NCBI GenBank assembly: GCA_034520965.1
Contig: JAXHMY010000006.1
Span: 1-14,654 of the forward strand
Reading direction: 5' to 3'
Length of the DNA stretch: 14,654 nucleotides
Source: Spirochaetia bacterium
Lineage (GTDB): Bacteria > Spirochaetota > Spirochaetia > DSM-16054 > Sediminispirochaetaceae
The notes beneath the pieces were generated by a model. That model saw nothing but the letters and a program-made list of their open reading frames with translations. It was not told the origin of the DNA and searched no databases. The position numbers and the translations under genes were made by a program. Shown piece after piece: positions 8,318-14,654 of the stretch (position 1 is its first letter; each line of letters begins with the position of its first letter).

Positions 8318-8547
8318 ATGGTATTACAAATACTCGGTTCCGGCTGCCCAAAGTGTCAGAAACTGGCGCAGAATGCACAAGCTGCTATAGATGAGGTAGG
8401 TAGTTGCCGCCCCGGTTGAAAAGGTAACCGATGTGGATAAAATTATGGAGATGGGAGTAGCTATGACTCCTGCCCTGGCAATCGATGGAGAACCGATGGT
8501 GGAAAATCCTTCCGGCAGATAAAATCGCCGACATGCTGCGCTCATAA
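8318..8547 (+). CDS. Second small redox-active disulfide protein (thioredoxin-like), frameshifted, absent from the ORF track
   Basis: AGGAGG RBS. MVLQILGSGCPKCQKLAQNAQAAIDEVG/VAAPVEKVTDVDKIMEMGVAMTPALAIDGEPMV/GKILPADKIADMLRS*. Confidence 0.9.
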
Positions 8548-8649
8548 ACCCCGGCGCAGCCTCCGTTCGGTCGGGAGGGGCAAATCTCACTCAAAACAGA
8601 ATAATCCGCGTGCATTCGACAATGGACTTTCTAATATACTATGTAAGCC

Positions 8650-8973
8650 ATGGACGAACAAAGGGTCTACAATATGATCGAAGATTACTGTCAGACGCAT
8701 CATAAAGCAGCTGCTGCAAGTCTATGTACGGACTGCCGCAGCCTAATGGCATACGCCGACAGTAAACTGGAGAACTGCCCGCTCTCTCCGGATAAGCCGG
8801 TATGCTCCGAATGCTGGATTCACTGCTACCGCGCGGAGGAGAGAGCTGCCATCAAGGCGGTTATGCGCTTCGCCGGCCCGCGGATGATCTACCGGCATCC
8901 GATTATTGCTCTTCACTACCTTATACGCAAAATCCGCAGTAAAAGCAGGAGTGCAGCAAGTAATAGTACTTAG
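8650..8973 (+). CDS. ygbA: YgbA-family (nitrous oxide-stimulated promoter family) Cys-rich protein
   Basis: MI..YC...H, LCTDC..L..YA..KL..CP....KPVCSECWIHCY.....IKAVMRFAGPRMIYRHP matches the YgbA_NO family pattern as I know it. Confidence 0.88.
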   Translation: MDEQRVYNMIEDYCQTHHKAAAASLCTDCRSLMAYADSKLENCPLSPDKPVCSECWIHCYRAEERAAIKAVMRFAGPRMIYRHPIIALHYLIRKIRSKSRSAASNST

Positions 8974-9040
8974 CTTTCAGTCGGCAGAGGGCCGGAAAAC
9001 CTTGAAAAGTTATGGGCTCATGTTTGATCTGGAGGTCCGT

Positions 9041-9276
9041 TTAAGATGCTTTAATGATTGGTAAGCTTCAACCCCAACGCATGAAGTATCGCATCAAGAG
9101 TTTTTATAGTCGGATTTCCGTCTTCAGAAAGTGACCTGTAGAGATGCTGACGATTGAGGTTTGTCTTTTCAGCAAGTTTTGTTATGCCTCCTTGAGCATC
9201 AACGACCGTCCTGATTGCTTTAAGAAAAGCTGGTAAATTGCCATCTACCTCGATAATCTTCCAGGGCTGCTGTCAA
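9041..9276 (-). pseudogene. 5'-truncated addiction-module antidote / Xre-HTH antitoxin (HI1420, TIGR02684 type)
   Basis: Manual translation LTAALEDY/EVDGNLPAFLKAIRTVVDAQGGITKLAEKTNLNRQHLYRSLSEDGNPTIKTLDAILHALGLKL. No clear N-terminus, RBS or upstream cognate toxin. Confidence 0.78.
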
Positions 9277-9479
9277 CGTACCGCGTTGGCTTCGATGAAG
9301 TCAATACCATGTCAAGCTTCTATTTCGGGAGCCGGAAGAGCTTTACCCGTGATCAAAGGTTCCTCCTCCAGGAGCAGGTTCAGCCTGAAAACGACGACTG
9401 CCCAGGGCGCCTATAACACCGGCGACGGGTTCAACCATGCCTTTAGTGACTCTGCAGGTGGTTGTTGCTTCGGACTTTC

Positions 9480-10372
9480 GATTTTGGGTGCAATCCTGTA
9501 TCTCCCGGGATCTTCTATTTGAATTGTAGTATGATGTTATATTGAACTTATTATGTAAATCTTCGCTTATTCTTATTGAGAAGTTCGTTCCGGTTACAGT
9601 GTGCTTTAACTACCGCGTGAACAGTAAGAGCAGTTTCAGTTGTACTCATTGCCCAGATATGCAGGTCGTGAAGATGTTCTACCTCCGACAAAGAATTTAG
9701 ATAATTCTTAACCCCTTCTGTCAATTCCTTTCGGAACAGCATCAAGGGCTAAGCTTGTGGAATCTTTCAACAGGCCCCAAGTGCCCCAAAATATAATCAA
9801 AGCTATTATTATACTCATCACCGCGATCGAGCCAATAAAAACTTGTAAAAGTTAACACGAGTCCGACAACGACAACTCCGAAGGGATATTCCGGCATCGG
9901 CAGCCATATGCAGGAATGCACCTTTTATGTTTAAGTCTTGCTTTCTTCCGGAGAAAAAGAGTAATGCGGTTACGGCGTTGATTACCACACCTATTCCGGC
10001 GACAACCATAATTGTCGTTCCTTCAACTTGCTGTGGTTCGGCAAATCTGCCTATCGCCTCCCACATTATAACTCCGATTGCAACAAGAAGAATCATCGCA
10101 TTCAAAAATGCCGCCAGAACACTCGCTTTTTTGTATCCATAGGTGTATTTCCCATTAGCCGATTTTTTCACGAGATAACTCGCACCCCAGGCTATAAGTA
10201 ATCCAAGCACATCGCTGAGGTTATGTCCGGCATCGGCAATCAAGGCCAATGAGTTGACAATTAAGCCGAATGTTACTTCAACAATTATAAAACCAACGTT
10301 CAATGCAATTCCGATTGCGAAAGCTTTACCGAAATCTTTTACTTCGTGTGTATGCGAATGATCATCTTCCAC
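9480..10372 (-). CDS. czcD: Cation diffusion facilitator (Zn/Co/Cd exporter, CzcD/ZitB-like), several indels in the 3' half
   Basis: GGAGG RBS plus GTG start. His-containing N-terminus, NSLALIADAGHNLSD (TM2 HxxxD), TYGYKK, NIKGAFLHMAAD (TM5 HxxxD), HLHDLHIWAMSTTETALTVH and HHTTIQIE. The exact stop is uncertain. Confidence 0.9.
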
Positions 10373-10449
10373 GTTTTACCTCCAACAGTTCTGATCATGC
10401 TCTGATGTGAATGTGTTGTATTGATTGCAGCTTCGATCTCCCAGTGCTC

Positions 10450-10899
10450 CTATATAATATCTTGTAGTTTTTTTAGACGGGAAAAGGATACATCGCTTCC
10501 TTTTCCCCAATTCATCGACGATTCCTTCTATGAGGTGGAAATGCATATGATGATGATTGCGGTGCTACTTCTTTTCCTCTCTCGGACAAACCAATAAAGT
10601 ATGAACGCTTATCCTGAGCATCCTTCTGAACGAAATATATATCCCTTCTCTTCCAATCGATGCACCATGACGGTGAGTGTGCCGGTAGTCACACCTAGTA
10701 TTCCGGCGAGTTCCTTCATTCTCATCTCACCACGGTTGCCGATAACCTCGAGTAGGTGCATTTGTGCCAGCGAGACACTGGAATCTGATACTACACTCTG
10801 CTCCCACGAGTTCATACGTTCGAAGAATTCCGGTGAGCGTTCTCTGAATACTCTTCGTAGAGCTCATCTATTTGTCTCAGCGATTTTTTCCATCTTCAT
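10450..10899 (-). CDS. MarR-family regulator with His-rich C-terminal helix (multiple indels)
   Basis: EFFERMNSWEQSVVSDSSVSLAQMHLLEVIG..MRMKELAGILGVTTGTLTVMVHRLEEKGYI../QDKRSYFIGLSERGKEV/HRNHHHMHFHLIE: MarR winged HTH with the DxR wing motif. Ends are approximate. Confidence 0.85.
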
Positions 10900-10900
10900 T

Positions 10901-10947
10901 TACCTTGATTATCAAAAGTAAATGATAAAAGTTTGATTGTCAAGGTA
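10901..10947 (-). promoter_or_regulatory. Promoter of marR-CDF with paired palindromic operators
   Basis: Minus strand TTGACA (10943-10938)-17 bp-TACTTT (10920-10915). Two inverted 16-bp sites, TACCTTGATTATCAAA (10901-10916) and TTTGATTGTCAAGGTA (10932-10947), are 14/16 identical as reverse complements. Confidence 0.72.
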
Positions 10948-11050
10948 TTCAGCATAGATACTTAGCACAAAGTTTGTACGATGCCTCTGATCGGCGAAAA
11001 TCCCCTCGCCGTCAAGAAGAGCACGACGGTCTTCGACTTTTTTCGTTTCT

Positions 11051-11698
11051 TCACGAAAGAAGTATGGCAGCTTCGGTTCGGTTTGATACTCCAAGCTTTC
11101 TAAACAGGCTAGTAGTAATGTCGCGGACACTCTTCGGCAATCTGAGAGCTCGTCGGCGATCTCCTTGTTCAGCTTGCCTTGAGCTATAGAAGCGATAACT
11201 TGCCGTCTCCCGTAAGCCTAAAGTTGGTTTGATAGCTGCTTTCTGAAGTGAACTTTTTTTTCGCCAAATAATCAAGAAGGCACTGTACCTCCGGGGTCGA
11301 AAACTTGCTTGCCCGCTAAATCTCTCTCACCGACTCAACTCGATATATGCTCCGTCACTATCTTCCAGGATATACCCGCTCGATTCCGAGTTGCTCGAGC
11401 TTTTCGTAATGTATCTTTTCAAATAAAACCGGAAGAAATGAGAATCTTTATTTCCGGTTTAACAAAACGGATTTGCGAGATGACCGAAGCTTCCAATCGC
11501 CATCGTTCAGGTGCAGGTCCAGAAGAACATCATCGGCACCCGGTGATGTCTCCGTAGAGAAGAGTTGGTCTCGTGCACGGAAGAGGCTTCACCGATTATT
11601 TCCTCAATAATCCTGGCTGCGTTCAAATAAGCTGCGTAGTCCTTGTCGTACAATTGCGTGATCATCGATGATAAAAAACATCAATACAATTAATCCAT
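11051..11698 (-). CDS. NarL/LuxR-family response regulator (heavily frameshifted)
   Basis: Fragments in order: IIDDHAIVRQGLRSLFE, IIGEASS, LLDLHLNDGD, KPEIKILISSGF, GYIL, AGKQVFDP, QVIASIAQGKLNKEIADEL, TSLFRKLGVSNRTEAA. TAATG coupling to the upstream kinase at 11696-11700. Confidence 0.85.
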
Positions 11699-13081
11699 TA
11701 GAGTCCTCTTTTAGTGAAATTCGATAGTATAACCGAGTTTCTCTTTGATGATCTCATCGCGCAATCGCAAGTGCCGCCCGCCAGTGAATCGGCGCCATTT
11801 CTCATCTGACGGCAGCCCCCCGGCCTTCTAGCTGAGTTAGACGGAAATCCGATGCCGTCGTCGATTAATTGATAGGACAAGTTGCTTTGCAATCAGGCTG
11901 ATTCGATATCGTATTGATCGTTTGCGTGTCCGCGCTTCACTGCATCTGGAAACAGCTTCTGTAAGTATGGCCTGAAGATCTTCTGAAGAGGATAGAAAGA
12001 CCGAGCTGAGCAGATCGTATCGAACGTCCTCGTTAGAACCGTTATTTCAAGCGGGGAAAAAAAACTGACTGCAGGGCATTGCAATGCTCCTGTGCACCAT
12101 CGAGATTAGCTCCTTGAGCCTGCCAAGGGATTGGGTTTCAGAACGACTGACGAAGTACTCGAATTCCTCCTCGATTAGTTTGTTTAGCGAATTGCGGATG
12201 GTATATATGTCTTCAGACTCCTTTGAAGGCAATCTGTATTAGGTAACCTGTTCGAAACGGAGTCCGGTGGCGAAGAGCACCTGAATCACTTTTGTCGTGC
12301 CAGTTCTTCTCTGACTCTCTCCCTTCTTCTTGCAGAAGGTGTTTTGATTTCAGATTTTTAGAGCTTTTCCGCGGTCAGATTCTGTCTATACCGCGGTAAC
12401 ACTCGATGAATACGATAAGAGCCATGCGATCGCAATTCGGTGCGAGAGTTCCACAGGGACCCAGATAACCTGAAAAGTGAAGGCGGATCAACTGACGATC
12501 CGCGGCAAGTGCTCCGGACAGTAGGAATGCTACCGATAAAAAGATAAAGGCGTCGGGTATTTGAGGACCAACAAAAGGTAGCGTGAGATGCCGGCCGCTG
12601 TCATGTAAGCCGACAGCAACAAGGATTGCTGGAGGAAGGGCAATTCCAATTCGAGCAACTGCCTCTCGGAGAATTCACAGTTTGTACTACATCTCTTCCT
12701 CTTTTCGAAGGAAGAGACCCATATCAACAGGTAACATAACAAATGACAACAACCGGAGCACATCTCTACCAGTGTATTAAAAATTGCTGATAGCAGAGTT
12801 CTATTTTTTAAGATCACAAGAATTCTTATCAAGATCACAAAAGATAGACTTGTGAACAACATGGTAGCAACAGCGGAGGGAAATGTATGAGCCAGGGCCG
12901 ACAAGATAACGAAGAAATAGGGTCGACCACTCGATCTACAGCATGGATAACTCCAGACTCAGCCCAGAATAGAGAGAGATATCGGAGGAAGTGGTACCGC
13001 CGCACTCGACCACGTCGTGAGGAGAGAAAAGCTGGATCAGATCCTCAATAGTGAGTGAATGATAAACCGCAGATCAGGCAC
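11698..13081 (-). CDS. Membrane sensor histidine kinase, HisKA_3/HATPase type (heavily frameshifted)
   Basis: Multi-TM N-terminus (GVIHAV.EW, ATMLFTSLSFVIL, IALPPAILVAVGL). H-box reconstructs as ERVREELHD.VIQVLFATGL at about 12260-12325, and the ATPase part as AVK.GHA and QLIDDGIGF. The GTG start at 13081 after AGGGG is tentative. Confidence 0.78.
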
Positions 13082-13150
13082 ACCAAAACCCCTAGACCAC
13101 TCGGGGAACCCCTTGGTCCTCTCCGATTCCATTAAAAGCAAACTGTACCA

Positions 13151-14250
13151 TTAAAACCGTCCTAGGTAACTACCTCTTCTTCGGATAAAGTTCCCGCTTG
13201 TACCAATGCGCGTTGATAAGAGGTCGACTTCTCGGCGACACCTGCGGACCGTAGCTCCGGCTGATACCATCTACCGAACCACTGAAGACGGTCTTAGTTG
13301 GCACCGCCGACGCCGAATCCATCCCGAATCGGTCGTTGCCACCGTTCACCCCTTTTGGCAAACTTATCAACATTCCAATTTACCAGTGAGGTTACTTTTG
13401 TTGCATTCTTTCCAAAACAAGGGTCTTGCTTACCGAGTCGTAGTCGCCTTTCCAACCCCCAAGTCCAAAATACCCATAAGAAGGATCCTGGTCCTGTGGG
13501 GCGGTTGCCGTCAAAACTTACTCCCAAAAGCACCAACAAAATCACGAAGGGTAGAATTGTCGTCTGACTCTGTGCCAATTCTCCTTGCACTATCATTCAC
13601 TACGTGTGAATATTCATCGTGGATGTGTAGTATGCTTCTACCACTGATTTCGTCAAAAACTTCTCGGGGTTTCATAAACCCGGAACCGAAGCGCGAATTG
13701 TCGCTACCATAAGCCCGGTCATCAACGGTAAGCTCCTTCATTTGGGTTTGAATTAGAAATCCGGGCTGAACTTCATTTCCATTTGGTATCTGTAATTATT
13801 GGGTCAACAAATTGCCACGGCTAGGGTGCCGTCTGCTGCAACAGCTGTGGCATAGAAGGACATCACGTCGGCCGTATACATGCGGAACATCGATCTTCCC
13901 GCTTCGTAAAATTGCTGCCCGGTACCTGCTGTGGTCGGGGTAACCGAGAAATCAATCTTCAACATACGCATTTCCACTTTGTCTGGTGACCCAGCATCCG
14001 TCTTTTTCTACCCGGAACCACATCGTCGCGTCGGCGACATTACGGCTCGTCCTGATCGAGTTCTAGGATCGTCTCGATATATTCGCCTGCATCATCGAAG
14101 GAGGTACCCTTTTGCCTCGCCTGCCCACGGATACCGACATAGCGCCCGGCATTCAATCTCTGCCGGTCTCCGTCTCCATCAGAACCGCAGCCAACAGGCA
14201 GTGCCGATAAAGCTGCAGTCGTTAATAAAACTGCTATTAATCTTTCGCAT
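13151..14250 (-). CDS. Extracytoplasmic lipoprotein, about 360 aa, with C-terminal DxxSGAT flavinylation-like motif(s) (heavily frameshifted)
   Basis: Stitched across frames: MRK/LIAVLLTTAALSALPVG-CGSDGD (signal peptide plus lipobox), GTSFDDAGEYIETILELD, DFSVTPT..GRSMFRMYTADVMSFYATAVAADGTLAVAI, YGYFGLGGWKGDYDSV, DSAS..TKTVFSGSVDGIS/GATVR/TSYQRALVQAGTLSEEEVVT/GRF*. Confidence 0.72.
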
Positions 14251-14460
14251 TCGTTTTGCTCTGAAAAAATAGTTTAGTAATTAGTATAATGTTATAAAGA
14301 TACTTTCAGAGAGCAGTTGTTGCAATAAGGACATTTGTGCTATCGCTTTACCTCCAATTAGCCCACGATAAAGCCCAACCAGGCCTTTTTCTTCCGATCC
14401 TTCAGGCAAACGACTTACCACCTCCCGGGACGAGCCAAGCTCTCCGGCTATGACCACGGG

Positions 14461-14534
14461 GAAGGCTGGCTGCATTCGTCGCCGTCAGATGGCAGAGGAC
14501 TCTCCCCTTTGCCGACACGACGAAACACCCCTTC
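14461..14534. other. Long imperfect hairpin in intergenic DNA
   Basis: Minus strand nested pairings GAAGG/CCTTC, TTCGTCG/CGACGAA, GTC/GAC and GGCAAAGG/CCTCTGCC around a GGAGAGT loop. Confidence 0.5.
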
Positions 14535-14570
14535 AAACCTCCACAAGCGTCTCTGTCTGTTTGTCTTTTC

Positions 14571-14654
14571 TTACAGCTCGGAAACAGCCTGGCAAAAGCG
14601 TGCCAGTCCCTGGTCGTTTATCATGATAACTCCGTCTCATTTCAATACGGATAT
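14571..14654 (-). CDS. 3' end of an unidentified gene entering from beyond the window
   Basis: IRIE/DGVIMINDQGLARFCQAVSEL* looks like a protein C-terminus (it needs one indel), but it is too short to assign a family. Confidence 0.3.

Noticed and set aside
2815..8547. Selenocysteine (in-frame TGA) in thioredoxins, permeases, DGC or OsmC
   Set aside because: The catalytic-motif positions I read are TGC/TGT. The breaks are frame shifts, not aligned TGA codons.
10905..10943. FNR box (TTGAT...ATCAA)
   Set aside because: The half-sites are 1 bp apart rather than 4, which fits a MarR operator better.
9238..14272. Plus-strand ORFs such as 9238-9522, 10601-10921, 11309-11557, 13206-13712 and 13931-14272
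   Set aside because: They are antisense shadows of recognisable minus-strand genes, with no motifs or RBS.
14461..14513. c-di-GMP-I riboswitch-like pieces (GGCAAA...GACG...CAGCCAG)
   Set aside because: The GAAA tetraloop stem, GCAAAGC junction and CTAA receptor are missing, and the spacing is wrong.
14589..14606. Sigma54-like TGGCACGCTTTTGC on the minus strand / CTGGCA-N6-TGCCAG palindrome
   Set aside because: GG-to-GC spacing is 9 instead of 10 and it probably lies inside the upstream coding tail. A lost T cannot be excluded given the error rate.
1..14654. CRISPR array, tRNA/rRNA, transposase or integrase
   Set aside because: No regularly spaced direct repeats, RNA-gene signatures or recombinase motifs were found by eye.

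Overview
Accessory region of a bacterium, probably an anaerobe (inferred), devoted to metal(loid)/thiol-redox handling and its regulation. Left to right: (1) a PAS-AAA+-Fis sigma54 activator with a C-x8-C-x3-C motif, then two palindromic enhancer-like sites and an exact -24/-12 promoter driving USP, a DUF318/ArsP-family permease and a small thioredoxin. (2) An ArsR-type block with two CVC-motif ArsR genes, a leftward operon (DGC protein, DUF318 permease, OsmC-like protein, split DUF318 pair), a second thioredoxin and a YgbA-family gene. Three sigma70-type promoters in this block carry the same 18-bp palindrome over the -10 box. (3) A patch of gene remnants including an HI1420-type antitoxin. 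(4) A His-rich MarR plus a Zn-type CDF exporter. (5) A lipoprotein with SGAT flavinylation-like motifs followed by a HisKA_3 kinase and a NarL-type regulator. Single-base indels become much denser from left to right. Most frameshifts therefore look like long-read/consensus errors rather than real pseudogenes. Several genes were reconstructed by hand across frames, so their ends are approximate. No rRNA, tRNA, CRISPR or transposase was seen.
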